64,000 bases of DNA, from positions 2,662-66,661 of the forward strand of contig JAFGGQ010000096.1 of the NCBI GenBank assembly GCA_016930435.1. The letters are read 5' to 3'. Of the stretch, positions 47,359 through 57,851 are shown piece by piece. A program made the translations under genes and the position numbers. Under the pieces are notes generated by a model. It ran no database searches. It saw nothing but the letters and a program-made list of their open reading frames with translations, and was not told the origin of the DNA. Position 1 is the first letter of the stretch. Each line of letters starts with the position of its first letter. Origin of the DNA: a bacterium. Its GTDB lineage: Bacteria; UBP14; UBA6098; JAFGQG01.

Positions 47359-48393
47359 TTATTGGGAGATAACCTGTATTCTGGAGCCTTCCTGAAGATA
47401 TGGCGCTCCGCTGGACACTATTCCGCTTTGTTCTGGCAATGAGGTGCTGATCGCTACCCGGCCATCAAGTATGGCAATGATCTCGACATGGTTTTTCACC
47501 GCACGGGAATCGGAAGACAGGGTGTATATAAAACCCTCAGACCCCTCCGCTTCAACCAATGCTGCAATGGGGATTACCAGGTGAGAGACAGGAGAGGACG
47601 GAAATATGATGATCCTTCCGATCATGCCCGTGGAGAGCCTTGGGGGAGTCTCACTAAACTGTGCTTCCAGCTCGAATAGCCCTGTCTCTGGTTCAGGAAC
47701 CTCATTTATACGGGTGACCCGGGCCCGGTATTCCGCCGAGGGATAAGCATCTACCATTATTAATGCCGTATCACCAATACTTGTGCGGATCATGTCCCGG
47801 TCGGATATGCCAACCCTTATCACCCAGTTCTCTTCTGTGGAACCAAATACCATGACCGGCATTCCCGGAGCTACTAATTCCCCCTCCTCGAATAAACACT
47901 TCATTATCACTCCATCCGAAGGAGCCCTGATTTCAGCATGTTTGCGGTTAAAAGCCGCTAATGAAGAATCCGCCCGTGCTACCTCCAAAGCAGTTCGGGC
48001 ATTTTCATAAAGCTCCGTAGTAATAATCCCTTCACTATATAGCCTTTCCGCACGGCTGAAATCCCGGCTGGATTTTTCCAAAGCCTCCATAGCCTTACGA
48101 TAATGAGCATCGATCTCGGACAGGTCCAGTCGCCCTAAAACCTGCCCCCTTAAAACCCTTTCACCACCTTGAACATTGAGCTCGCGAAGTATGCCCCCAA
48201 TCTTGAAACCCAGTTTAACGGTCTTCTCTGAAGCAATTATACCAACCGCATGATATGGAATAACGACATCCTCCCTTTCCAAAGGGGTTAGTTTTACAGC
48301 AACTATGCCGTCCTGATCCCTCCCCGGATCCTGCCTTCCGCATCCCCAAAGCAAAACGATAGCCAATAAAAAATATAACCTTCTTTTCATCAT
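47359..48393 (-). CDS. efflux RND transporter periplasmic adaptor subunit
   Basis: Lipoprotein-like N-terminus (LLWGCG), coiled-coil/biotinyl-like/beta-barrel pattern of the HlyD/MFP family. Confidence 0.8.
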   Translation of the reverse strand: MMKRRLYFLLAIVLLWGCGRQDPGRDQDGIVAVKLTPLEREDVVIPYHAVGIIASEKTVKLGFKIGGILRELNVQGGERVLRGQVLGRLDLSEIDAHYRKAMEALEKSSRDFSRAERLYSEGIITTELYENARTALEVARADSSLAAFNRKHAEIRAPSDGVIMKCLFEEGELVAPGMPVMVFGSTEENWVIRVGISDRDMIRTSIGDTALIMVDAYPSAEYRARVTRINEVPEPETGLFELEAQFSETPPRLSTGMIGRIIIFPSSPVSHLVIPIAALVEAEGSEGFIYTLSSDSRAVKNHVEIIAILDGRVAISTSLPEQSGIVSSGAPYLQEGSRIQVISQ

Positions 48394-48432
48394 CAGGACT
48401 TCCCAGGCCCTTTATTCTATTAAGAGAACCAT

Positions 48433-49095
48433 CTATTTCTTAATCTTCCCAATAACTCCATAGAGAAACAGCTCGGCGATCTCCCGGGCGTAAGACTGGT
48501 AGAATAACTCCCCCGCCTTACCCGGAAAATCATCTGACAGGACCGGCTTGAATAAAAAGTGCGAATAGATCATGCTGATCAACACGGGACCGATTATCTC
48601 ATATCGAAGAGAATCCACATCTTCACCTTTGAATAGTCTCTTTAAGGCGGGTTCTACCACCTCCCGGATCTGGGATAAGCGTTTGGATTTAAACCTGGCG
48701 ATCTCAGGCACCCGGTATGGGACCTCTTTAAATACAATGGTCGCCATTTTTTCGTCGTGATGGATCAGATCAATGATGGCGGCAATGCCCTGCCGGATCT
48801 TGTCTTCGGGACTTAAAGCGCTTTCTTTGAGTGCATTCAAGATCTCAAGGCTTTTTTCACTGAATTCAGAAATTATCTCCTTTAAAATCCCCAGCTTGGA
48901 CCCGAAATAATAGGAGATCATGGCCAGGTTGACGCCTGCTTTCCGGGCAATTTCCCTTACCCCGGTATCGGCATAACCCTTTTCGGCGAAGAGTTTTACG
49001 GCTACTTCTAAAATTCGCTCTTTGGGCTTCAGGGTGTTGTTCTTCCCGGCCATTTCAAGGTACTCAAATAAATACAAAGTTAAACAAACGTTCAA
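48433..49095 (-). CDS. TetR/AcrR family transcriptional regulator
   Basis: N-terminal HTH ...ILEVAVKLFAEKGYADTGVREIARKAGVNLAMISYYFGSK... Confidence 0.85.
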   Translation of the reverse strand: MNVCLTLYLFEYLEMAGKNNTLKPKERILEVAVKLFAEKGYADTGVREIARKAGVNLAMISYYFGSKLGILKEIISEFSEKSLEILNALKESALSPEDKIRQGIAAIIDLIHHDEKMATIVFKEVPYRVPEIARFKSKRLSQIREVVEPALKRLFKGEDVDSLRYEIIGPVLISMIYSHFLFKPVLSDDFPGKAGELFYQSYAREIAELFLYGVIGKIKK

Positions 49096-49317
49096 TTAAT
49101 AAGACGAATCTAAGTTATACTCTAAAATTTGTCAAGAAGAAATACTAATTGCAGATCGAAAACACCAAAATAAACATTCATTGTGATTCTATCCAGTCAC
49201 TCCATCCTCCGTAGGGCGGTACAAACTTTCAGCACATGAAAACTCTCTCTGCACACCGGGTTCAATCATGAGGAGTAGGGTTTGTCTGGCTTTTTCCCCG
49301 ATAATCCATCGTTCAAC

Positions 49318-49499
49318 CCGTTTAATGCAGTTGCAATTATCTATAATGCCTGAAATATCGAAAAACAGGATATTAGAATATAAACTTCAGAATAAAATTT
49401 GCATTTTTTTATACAATTCGTAATACTCATAAATACATGTTCATCAAATATATAACTCATATTCAACATTATCAACTGCATTTTACGGGTTCAATATCA
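49318..49499 (+). mobile_element. MITE-like dispersed repeat, family B copy 3 (carries an extra internal insertion of about 70 bp)
   Basis: Same termini and core as copies 1-2; internal extra segment 49376-49446. Confidence 0.55.
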
Positions 49500-49507
49500 A
49501 GTGCTCT

Positions 49508-51604
49508 TTATCCTACTTCCTTTAAACTAAGGCTGACCCTTCCCCGTTCCCTATCAATCTCAATCACTTTTACCCTTAAGGCCTCTCCAACCGTCACGAC
49601 TTCATGGGGGTCTTTAATAAAACGGTTTGCCAACTGTGAGATATGGATCAATCCCTCGCTCTTTAATCCAATATCAACAAATGCCCCAAATTGAGTGATA
49701 TTCCTCACTATCCCCTCTACAATATCACCCTCCCGGAGATCCTCCACTTTGTAGCTGCTTTGCAGCTTTAAATTACCTTCAAACTGGCGGATTTCCCTTC
49801 CGGCATTGCGAAAATTTTGCAGGATATCCCGAACCACTTCCGTGGTGATCCCATGATAAAGCCCCTCCATTATCTCCCTGTGATTATTAAAAATATTCTC
49901 CTCATTCTGATGATCGATAATGAACCTGGCGACTTCATACTGCTCGGGATGAATAGCCGTGTGGTCGAAAAAGTTATCGCTTTCGGGCACCCGAAGAAAT
50001 CCCACCGATTGCTCGTATGCCTTGGGAGTGAGTACCGCCAGAAGGTCTTCCCTTGAATTATATGGCCTGTTCTCGAATATCTTACTGGCCGAACGGCGGT
50101 TCAGACCCGAAACATACGCCAACAGATAAACTGAAGCAGTATTTAAATTAATTCCCACCAGATTGACCACATCCTCGACCACCTCGCTGAGCTTATTCTC
50201 CAGCTCCTTCTGGTTCATATCATGCTGGTACATCCCCACCCCAATACTGATTACCGGCACCTTCACCAATTCGGACAAGCAATCAATATACCTCCGTCCA
50301 ATGGATATTGTACCCCGATCAGTGGCATCCAACTCCGGGAATTCTTCCTGACCAGCCTCTGAAACGGAATATACCGAAGCTCCCGATTCATTCACAAGTA
50401 CCAGTTTGTGGTCAGTATTGGCGCTTAACAGATCAAATACCTCTCCGGAACCTGTTCCGTTACCGATCACAATAACCTCGCTCTTGAAATCTGCTATTAG
50501 ATTCTCCATCAAATCCAAAGCCCCGGTTTGGTTATCCAGGAAGAACTTTGTGAAGTGAAGGGGCTGACCACCCTTATCCAGAACACAAACCTTGCAACCG
50601 GTGCGGTACCCGGGATCAATCGCCAGGACGGATTCCCCGTAATGTGGCTTAAGCATCAAAAGCTCTTTCAGATTCCGCTGAAAAGCATTTACTGCATCAA
50701 CCTGCGCCCTTTCGGTAAGGGCATTTCTCATTTCCCGTTCAATAGCATAATATAACTTTAAATAGCCCTCCCTTATACATTTACCCAGCCGCTCTGAATT
50801 TTCCTCCCTGAATACCAAACGATCCCTAAAATGACTGTAAAAATCCTCGTCATGCTCCAATTTAACCTTCAGAATGCCCAGGTTCTCACCACGGTTAAGG
50901 GCAAGGATCTGGTAGCTTTTGAGTTTTCCGAAAGAAGCATTGAAATCCCCATATATCTTAAATTTGTGAGCCTCTTTCTGCTGCTTATCATCAAATTTGT
51001 CAGGGTTTTTATAGGCCGATGAAATAACACCATGCCTGAGATAATTCTGGCGAACCTGGTCCTTGAGATCGGGATTATCAGCAATATCCTGACTGACAAT
51101 GTCCATTCCCCCCTGGAGTATTTCCTCCTCCGTGAAATTTTCCAGCAAGCTTGCCGGGATATTCAAGGACTCCTGATTCCGGATCTGCTGAGCGACCACT
51201 TCAAAACCCTTTTCCCGGGCTATATCGGCTTTAGTCTTTCTTTTACGCCGATAAGGAGCATAAAGGTCATCTACCTCGGTCAGGGTAGTTGCCATCTCCA
51301 ATCTCAGCCGAAGCTCCTCGGTTAGCTTGCCCTGCTCCTCGATATTCTTCAAAGCGCTGATCTGAGCCGTGTATAAATTTATCAGATGCTTCTTCTGCTC
51401 AATTATATCCCGGATCTGATTCTCGTCCAGGTTGCCCGTTCGCTCCTTCCGGTAACGGGCGATGAAATGAACGGTATTGTCCTCACCAGCGAGGGCGAGA
51501 ACGCTCTCCACCTGCCATTCTCCAAGGCCCAATTTTGCGGCGATCAGCAGATCGTATTGGGGTTCATTCATAAATTTAACCGTAATCCTTTCTCTCCAAA
51601 CCAT
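49508..51604 (-). CDS. tex: Tex-like RNA-binding transcription accessory protein (YqgF/HhH/S1 domains)
   Basis: ...EDNTVHFIARYRKERTGNLDENQIR...; C-terminal S1 domain ...DLREGDIVEGIVRNITQFGAFVDIG...; true start possibly Met12 (51571). Confidence 0.9.
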   Translation of the reverse strand: MVWRERITVKFMNEPQYDLLIAAKLGLGEWQVESVLALAGEDNTVHFIARYRKERTGNLDENQIRDIIEQKKHLINLYTAQISALKNIEEQGKLTEELRLRLEMATTLTEVDDLYAPYRRKRKTKADIAREKGFEVVAQQIRNQESLNIPASLLENFTEEEILQGGMDIVSQDIADNPDLKDQVRQNYLRHGVISSAYKNPDKFDDKQQKEAHKFKIYGDFNASFGKLKSYQILALNRGENLGILKVKLEHDEDFYSHFRDRLVFREENSERLGKCIREGYLKLYYAIEREMRNALTERAQVDAVNAFQRNLKELLMLKPHYGESVLAIDPGYRTGCKVCVLDKGGQPLHFTKFFLDNQTGALDLMENLIADFKSEVIVIGNGTGSGEVFDLLSANTDHKLVLVNESGASVYSVSEAGQEEFPELDATDRGTISIGRRYIDCLSELVKVPVISIGVGMYQHDMNQKELENKLSEVVEDVVNLVGINLNTASVYLLAYVSGLNRRSASKIFENRPYNSREDLLAVLTPKAYEQSVGFLRVPESDNFFDHTAIHPEQYEVARFIIDHQNEENIFNNHREIMEGLYHGITTEVVRDILQNFRNAGREIRQFEGNLKLQSSYKVEDLREGDIVEGIVRNITQFGAFVDIGLKSEGLIHISQLANRFIKDPHEVVTVGEALRVKVIEIDRERGRVSLSLKEVG

Positions 51605-51640
51605 TCACACCTTTTAATGATGTAAAAGCTTGTTTCGGAT

Positions 51641-53773
51641 TTATTTTTCCACCTTCAGTGTCTTTAGGATGAAGGCATATTTCAGGGCCATTTCGGAGGC
51701 CGATTCCTCTGGTTGTTCGTCCATATCGGTTAACAGAAGCAATGGATTACTGGGATTTGAAACCGCCCTTAATTTTGCTACCCATTTAACCGTTGTCCAA
51801 TAGGGGAGCCGTATATTGTAGTAATCGGCGAATGCCAATATAGGAGGATAATCCTGAGCCTTTATATTCTGGTAAGGGCAATAGGACCGGATATAGTCGA
51901 AATCCCCCTTAATATGGGGAATTCCGTATTCGTTATAAATCCAGTCGGAGCCGTATTCCAGCACGAAATTCAGGTGGTCCATGGGTGGGTTATCCAAAAC
52001 CATGCTGCGGAAGAGATGTGGCCTATGATTAGCGACATAGCCCAGAATCAGGCCACCCTCATTTTCGGAGTAACCGGCGATCCTGTTCGGGGCGCATATC
52101 ATCTGCTGGATAAGGAAATCCGCGCAGGACAGAAAATCGGTAAAGGTTTTCTTTTTGTTAAGGCCTTTACCCTTATCGTACCATTTGGGCCCGGCAAACC
52201 CTCCGCCGCGCACATGGGCGATAGCGAAGACCACTCCACGATCCAGGAGGCTTATCCTTGCGCCCTCAAAAACCGGATCCAGAAAGCCCCCGTAAGCGCC
52301 ATAAGCGGTTAACAACAGGGGATTGGTGCCATCCGCGGTAAACAGGTCCTCCCTGTAAACCAGCGAGACCGGTATCCAGTCGCCATCCTGTGCCTGGGCA
52401 TAAACACGCTGAGTTTGATAGGCCGATGGATCATAATCCAATCCCACTTCCAGCTCTTTCAGCTTTTCCAAACGTTTGGTTCTTACCTCATATTCATAGA
52501 GGGTTTGGGGACGAGTCATCGATTCGTACACAAAACGGAATGATGGAGAATCAAATTCTGCGCCGCCAACGGTATAAACCGAATAAATGGGTTCCGGCAG
52601 ATCCAGACGGTAGTCGAGCCCTGAAATCAGGTCGATTATCCATAGGTATTTCAGGCCATACTCCTGTTCCTCTACTACAAGATAATCCCGGAATACCTGC
52701 AATCCCTGGTGATAAGGATCACAAGCCAGGGTAACATTGGTCTGGGGGACTATAAAATCCGCCCAGTGCTCCCTGGCTGGTTGCTCGACTGTGGTTATCA
52801 TTATCTTGAAGGTTTCCCCATCATCGGCATTGGTAAGTATAAAGAAGCGTCCGGTATGGGAGTGCGGATAATACTGCATCCCAGTTTCCCGGGGGTGGAT
52901 AATTGTAAACCCGGATAGTGGATCATCGGCCGGCATAAATCGAAATTCATTGCTCTGCCCATTAGTGATATTAAGGAATAGGTATTGGCCATCTTTACTA
53001 CGGGAGATATCCAGCCAGAATCCGGGTGTATCATCCCAGAAGACGCGTTTATCATCCCAGGGATCGGTACCCAGCTTATGTTTGTAGAGTTCATTTTGCC
53101 TGGCATAAAAGAGGGTGCGGCTGTCATTCGCCCATGCTATGGCGCTCTGGAAACCCAGCACCGGAGCGATCTGTTCCGTCAAAATCCGGTTCTGTTCCAG
53201 ATCCTTGATCCTTAGTGTATAATACTGCTCGCGGCTTGAGGTTAAAAAAGCAAGATAACGGTGGTCAGGACTGATCTCCATTTGGGCTAATTTGAGACCG
53301 GGCTCCCGGGCCGCCAGGTCATTGGGGTCCAGAATGATCTGCTCATCTCCCTCCAGACCGCCCGGCTTCCTGCAGTAAACCATATAACCTTTTTGGGGGT
53401 CGCTTTTAGTATAATAATAATAATCACCCAACGCACTTGGATAACTCAAATCGTTCCATGGAGTATGTGCCCGGATCTCCTTCTCAAGAACATTTTTCAA
53501 TGAATCCATTGTTTCCAGATAGGCTGAAGCGTAACTGTTTTCCGCCCCCAGATAAGCCAGGACTTCGGGATTACTGCGGGTCGTATCCTTCAGCCAGTAA
53601 TAATCATCCTTAAGCTCTTCCCCGTGAATTTGGAGCAAGTGGGTCTCCGCCTTTGCCAGCGGAGGCTTTTGGGCTATTTCTCCGGTTGCGGAGATGCTGA
53701 TGATCAGAACAGGAAAGACTACCCGTAGGGGCCACCAGAAAAACCTTTTTGGCATATTTCTCTTCCTCGTCAA
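51641..53773 (-). CDS. S9 family serine peptidase (prolyl oligopeptidase / oligopeptidase B-like), secreted
   Basis: Signal peptide; N-terminal beta-propeller, C-terminal alpha/beta hydrolase region ...NRIAGYSENEGGLILGYVANHRPHLF... (region around the expected nucleophile is atypical). Confidence 0.75.
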   Translation of the reverse strand: MTRKRNMPKRFFWWPLRVVFPVLIISISATGEIAQKPPLAKAETHLLQIHGEELKDDYYWLKDTTRSNPEVLAYLGAENSYASAYLETMDSLKNVLEKEIRAHTPWNDLSYPSALGDYYYYTKSDPQKGYMVYCRKPGGLEGDEQIILDPNDLAAREPGLKLAQMEISPDHRYLAFLTSSREQYYTLRIKDLEQNRILTEQIAPVLGFQSAIAWANDSRTLFYARQNELYKHKLGTDPWDDKRVFWDDTPGFWLDISRSKDGQYLFLNITNGQSNEFRFMPADDPLSGFTIIHPRETGMQYYPHSHTGRFFILTNADDGETFKIMITTVEQPAREHWADFIVPQTNVTLACDPYHQGLQVFRDYLVVEEQEYGLKYLWIIDLISGLDYRLDLPEPIYSVYTVGGAEFDSPSFRFVYESMTRPQTLYEYEVRTKRLEKLKELEVGLDYDPSAYQTQRVYAQAQDGDWIPVSLVYREDLFTADGTNPLLLTAYGAYGGFLDPVFEGARISLLDRGVVFAIAHVRGGGFAGPKWYDKGKGLNKKKTFTDFLSCADFLIQQMICAPNRIAGYSENEGGLILGYVANHRPHLFRSMVLDNPPMDHLNFVLEYGSDWIYNEYGIPHIKGDFDYIRSYCPYQNIKAQDYPPILAFADYYNIRLPYWTTVKWVAKLRAVSNPSNPLLLLTDMDEQPEESASEMALKYAFILKTLKVEK

Positions 53774-53805
53774 ATAAATTTAAATTCTATCTTATTATGA
53801 TTTGT

Positions 53806-55296
53806 TTATTTTCTAAATTCGAACCGGGCTTTGAAATGCCGGATCGGCAAGTTCCGGCCATAGGTTACATTCACAGCGGGGATTATATCCCGGTGCCGGT
53901 GCAGTATTTTTACAGCTTCGGCTACCGACTCCAGATCATCCTGTTCATAACGCAGCCGGGGTACGGCAAAGCGCACGAAATTGATTTCCGGGAACAGGTC
54001 CTTCCCGGTCTGGGGATCCATTTTACCGAAGGCAAAATAGCCCAATTCACAGGCTCGGTGCCCGTAAGCGGCCAGGAGAACAGCAGTAAAAGCGATCCCT
54101 CCGAAGTCTTGAGCCTGCATTGAGGTGCCCTCAAAAAAACGGTTAACATCGAGGTAAACGGCATGGCCTCCCACCGGGGTCAAAACTGGCAATCCCAACC
54201 CCGCCATTCTCTCCCCGAAGCGCTGTACCTGTTGGATCCGGTAGGTTAAATAGTCATCCCGGGTAACCGTTTTTAAGCCAACGTACAGGGCCATTATATC
54301 CCGGCCGGAAAGCCCCCCGTAGGTGGGATGGCCCTCTTTGGTAACCTGATAATTAACCAGGGCATCAGGGATTTCCGGATAGTTTTCTATGAACAATCCA
54401 TTATCTCTCAAGAATAGCCCTCCACCCATATTCACCAGGCCATCCTTTTTAAAGCTGATAGTGAAACCATCCACCGGCGCGAACATCTCTCTGACTATGT
54501 CCCTTATGGACAGGTCCCGGTATGATGACTCATATTTCTGAATGAACCAGGCATTTTCGGCGAAGCGGCAAGCATCCAGGAAGAGGGGTTTCCCGAAGCG
54601 ATGGGCGATCCGGGCAGTATGATTGATGTTTTCCAGCGATACCGGCTGGCCGGCAGCAGTATTGTTAGTGACCGTGAGATAGACCAAGGGTACCTTTTCG
54701 CCCTCCCTCTCAAGCATTTGCTCCAGCCGCTCCAGATCCATATTTCCCTTGAACCGGAAATCCGGATTCCCTCTTTTTATTTCAGGGGAGAACAGGTTTA
54801 TAGCCTGGATCTGGTTAGCTTCGATATTGGCCATTGTGGTATCGAAATGGCCGTTAGAAGGGATGATCATTCCGCTGCCGGTTTTTCCCAATAGTGAGAA
54901 TAGGGCATCTTCGGCTGCCCGGCCCTGGTGGAAGATAAAAGCGTTGGGCCGGCGAGCGTCGGGTTTATTGAAGAAAACTTCGCCAAAAAGCTCCCGTACC
55001 TGCTCCATGAGTAAGAAATAACCCCGGTTCGAACCATAAGCCTCATCGCCCAAATGAAGGGCGGCCCATTGCTCATTGGTCATGGAAGTTGTTCCTGAAT
55101 CAGAAAGGAAATCACAGCCGGTTATCATCTCCGAGGGAAAGAAAAAAACATTAAGTCCCACAGCTTCCAGCATTTCCGCCCTGTCCTTAACATTGAAAAC
55201 ACCCTTGAACTCGACGGAATGATTGATATAGGGCCGCGGCCGGGCAGTAAGTGTTGTTTCTCCCGGGAAACTGCCTATTAGTTCCGAAAATCGCAT
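53806..55296 (-). CDS. tryptophanase / tyrosine phenol-lyase family beta-eliminating lyase (PLP-dependent)
   Basis: ...SFKKDGLVNMGGGLF... PLP-lysine region and overall collinearity with TnaA/TPL. Confidence 0.85.
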   Translation of the reverse strand: MRFSELIGSFPGETTLTARPRPYINHSVEFKGVFNVKDRAEMLEAVGLNVFFFPSEMITGCDFLSDSGTTSMTNEQWAALHLGDEAYGSNRGYFLLMEQVRELFGEVFFNKPDARRPNAFIFHQGRAAEDALFSLLGKTGSGMIIPSNGHFDTTMANIEANQIQAINLFSPEIKRGNPDFRFKGNMDLERLEQMLEREGEKVPLVYLTVTNNTAAGQPVSLENINHTARIAHRFGKPLFLDACRFAENAWFIQKYESSYRDLSIRDIVREMFAPVDGFTISFKKDGLVNMGGGLFLRDNGLFIENYPEIPDALVNYQVTKEGHPTYGGLSGRDIMALYVGLKTVTRDDYLTYRIQQVQRFGERMAGLGLPVLTPVGGHAVYLDVNRFFEGTSMQAQDFGGIAFTAVLLAAYGHRACELGYFAFGKMDPQTGKDLFPEINFVRFAVPRLRYEQDDLESVAEAVKILHRHRDIIPAVNVTYGRNLPIRHFKARFEFRK

Positions 55297-55494
55297 TTTG
55301 GATTCTCCCCGTTTATATTTAATTGATCAGCGTTCTATTATGCCTTTTCAACAGCAAGCACTATTATAAATAATCTTCATTAAATAACAAGAAAAAAAGG
55401 GATGTTTTCCACGGTCAACCGAAACGTTTGCGACCGGAAAAAAAAGACCCCGGACATTTGCCTGCCCGGGGTCTGAAATCAAAATAATGAGTTT

Positions 55495-57744
55495 TTAATC
55501 CAGGACGATAAACTCGATCCTGCGATTCATGCTGCGGCCTTCCTCATTATCGTTAGATGCGATGGGATAGCCTTCTCCCATACCTATGGATTGTATCCTG
55601 CTGGCATCGATATTCCCCTGGGTAACCAGGTACGATTTTACCGAGTCTGCCCTGCGCTGAGAGAGACCCATATTATAATCATCTGAACCCTGGGAATCGG
55701 TATGGCCTTCGATCTTCACCCGTATATCCGGATTATCCTTCAGTATCTTGATGGCTTCATCAAGGGTGGGCCGGCTTTCAGGCTTGATTGTGGCCTTATC
55801 CAGATCGAAGTAAATGCCCCGAAGGGTTAACTTCTCCCCGCTCTTTATCAGTTCAAAGTTCTGAACCGCGGTCTCATCTTCTTTGATTACCACCGGGAAA
55901 GCCTGTTTGATAAAGTCAGGAAATTCCGCGGTAACAGTATAGGTACCCGGTTTCAGATTGGCCTTGTAAATACCGTTCTCATCGCAAAGGATCGGTTCCA
56001 AACCGGAATCCTGAATGTTAATAGTGGCCTCTATGGGCATTTTGTCCTTGACATTGGTGACCTTGCCGGTGATCATCCCCATTGGCTTCGGCTTGATCGC
56101 AATATCCTGAACGGTAGTCTTCTCAACCTCAACCACAATAGTCTGGGTAGCAGTAATATAATCATCCTTTTCCACTATCAGATTATAGGTTCCGGCGGGA
56201 AGCACGAATTTGTAGGAACCTGTTTTGGAATCGGTTATCACCGGTGCGAAGTTTTCGTCCGCTACATTTACCCGGGCTTCCAGCAGGGCGCCGGTCTTCT
56301 GGTCGGTTACTATACCGGTAACGGTTCCATCAATGGGTGTGAACAGGGGCCTCAGGGAAATATCCTTCTGAGTGGCTTTATCCTTCTCGATTACAACCAC
56401 TTCCGTGATCTTGTGATATTCAGGAACCTCCAGTTCGATGGTGTAGGTTCCTACGGGCAACTGAGTCTTAAAAACCCCGGTTTTAGGATCCACTATCAGC
56501 GGTTCAACCTCATCATCCGGGAACATTATTGTGCCGGATAGAACCTCCCCGGTATTGGCATCGGAGACCTTGCCGGTGAGGGTTCCGTATTTAACAAGCG
56601 GATTGAGGGATACATCGAGGGGTATCCCCATAGAATCTTCTACAACGATGGACTTGGTGAATTTTTCATAGCCATCCGCATCGAAGATCACATTATGCGC
56701 TCCCGATGAGAGGATCACCCTGTAAAAACCATCTTCAGAGGTGATTATTGGTCCGGGGAAGGTGGTGTCGTCGGTAGATACGGTTGCGATCAACGCCTTG
56801 CCATTATCGGCGTCTATTATCCTGCCGGTGACCTCAGCGTAAATGGGTTTTGGCAGTTCCTTGATAATCCTTGTAATAAAGGAAAAACCCGCAACTACTT
56901 TCCAATCCATTGCGTCAAAATTCCTAACGCCGTCAACGCCGGTATTGCCCAAACCTATCTCCACGCCCAGATCAAATGAGCCCGTAGGTGAATCGAAGCG
57001 CACTCCCGGGGTCAAACGCATGGGATTATCCGAGAATTCAATTCCTTCCAGTGAGGATATCTCGGTGGAGTAATCGGCGAAAATGGTGAAATTACCTGCT
57101 GGTACTTCCATACCCACACGGGCCAACATTAAATTGTAATCATTCTCGGTTCCCGGAATCTTAAATCCGGTGTGCATACCGGCATTAAGGTGAATGCGTA
57201 CCGGAACGGGCATATGAGCCCCCGGATCCGTGAGATCAAAGGTTACCGCCCCCAATCCTCCAAAGGTGGTTTCCTGGCCGGTATAATACTCATTTTTCAA
57301 TTCGGAGCTTCCGGTGGGGAAGACCATGAAACCATATCCTCCCACTGAGAACCACCAGATCGGGTTATATGATAGCTTCAAACCAGTATAGGCATCGCCG
57401 AATCCGAACTTGGTGGGATTATCATTTCCGTAAACGGAATTATCGGAAACAAGCAATCCCCATACGCCCCCGGATAATTCAATAAATTTAAAGGGGGCAA
57501 ATGCGGCAGATAGGTAACCGTTGCTATGTCTCTGTTTATAGTCGGTGGGAGTGCCCTCAACGATGTCCTGGGTGACACCGGTCTGAAAGTAATTCCCGTG
57601 AAGGGCGATGGAGAGGAACCCCCTGCCCTGGTTATCCGCAGCCATAGTCCTGAGCAAACCCCTTGTACCCCAATAGTTCGCCTGGGCAAATAGAGCGCCG
57701 GACAGCAAAAAAATAATCAACAGACTCAACCCCAACTTACGCAT
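55495..57744 (-). CDS. OmpA family protein with multiple carboxypeptidase-regulatory-like (CarbopepD_reg) beta-sandwich domains
   Basis: C-terminal OmpA peptidoglycan-binding domain ...GHTDSQGSDDYNMGLSQRRADSVKSYL...; at least 5 repeated GxVxDxxTGxxL modules. Confidence 0.8.
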   Translation of the reverse strand: MRKLGLSLLIIFLLSGALFAQANYWGTRGLLRTMAADNQGRGFLSIALHGNYFQTGVTQDIVEGTPTDYKQRHSNGYLSAAFAPFKFIELSGGVWGLLVSDNSVYGNDNPTKFGFGDAYTGLKLSYNPIWWFSVGGYGFMVFPTGSSELKNEYYTGQETTFGGLGAVTFDLTDPGAHMPVPVRIHLNAGMHTGFKIPGTENDYNLMLARVGMEVPAGNFTIFADYSTEISSLEGIEFSDNPMRLTPGVRFDSPTGSFDLGVEIGLGNTGVDGVRNFDAMDWKVVAGFSFITRIIKELPKPIYAEVTGRIIDADNGKALIATVSTDDTTFPGPIITSEDGFYRVILSSGAHNVIFDADGYEKFTKSIVVEDSMGIPLDVSLNPLVKYGTLTGKVSDANTGEVLSGTIMFPDDEVEPLIVDPKTGVFKTQLPVGTYTIELEVPEYHKITEVVVIEKDKATQKDISLRPLFTPIDGTVTGIVTDQKTGALLEARVNVADENFAPVITDSKTGSYKFVLPAGTYNLIVEKDDYITATQTIVVEVEKTTVQDIAIKPKPMGMITGKVTNVKDKMPIEATINIQDSGLEPILCDENGIYKANLKPGTYTVTAEFPDFIKQAFPVVIKEDETAVQNFELIKSGEKLTLRGIYFDLDKATIKPESRPTLDEAIKILKDNPDIRVKIEGHTDSQGSDDYNMGLSQRRADSVKSYLVTQGNIDASRIQSIGMGEGYPIASNDNEEGRSMNRRIEFIVLD

Positions 57745-57851
57745 CTTGCCTCCTTCTCAGTTATTTTATTATTAGTTGATTTAAACAATTAAACAATCTA
57801 TTAGTAAAATTATGATTTGTCAAGTATAAATCCTACAGGTCAGTAATGTTT

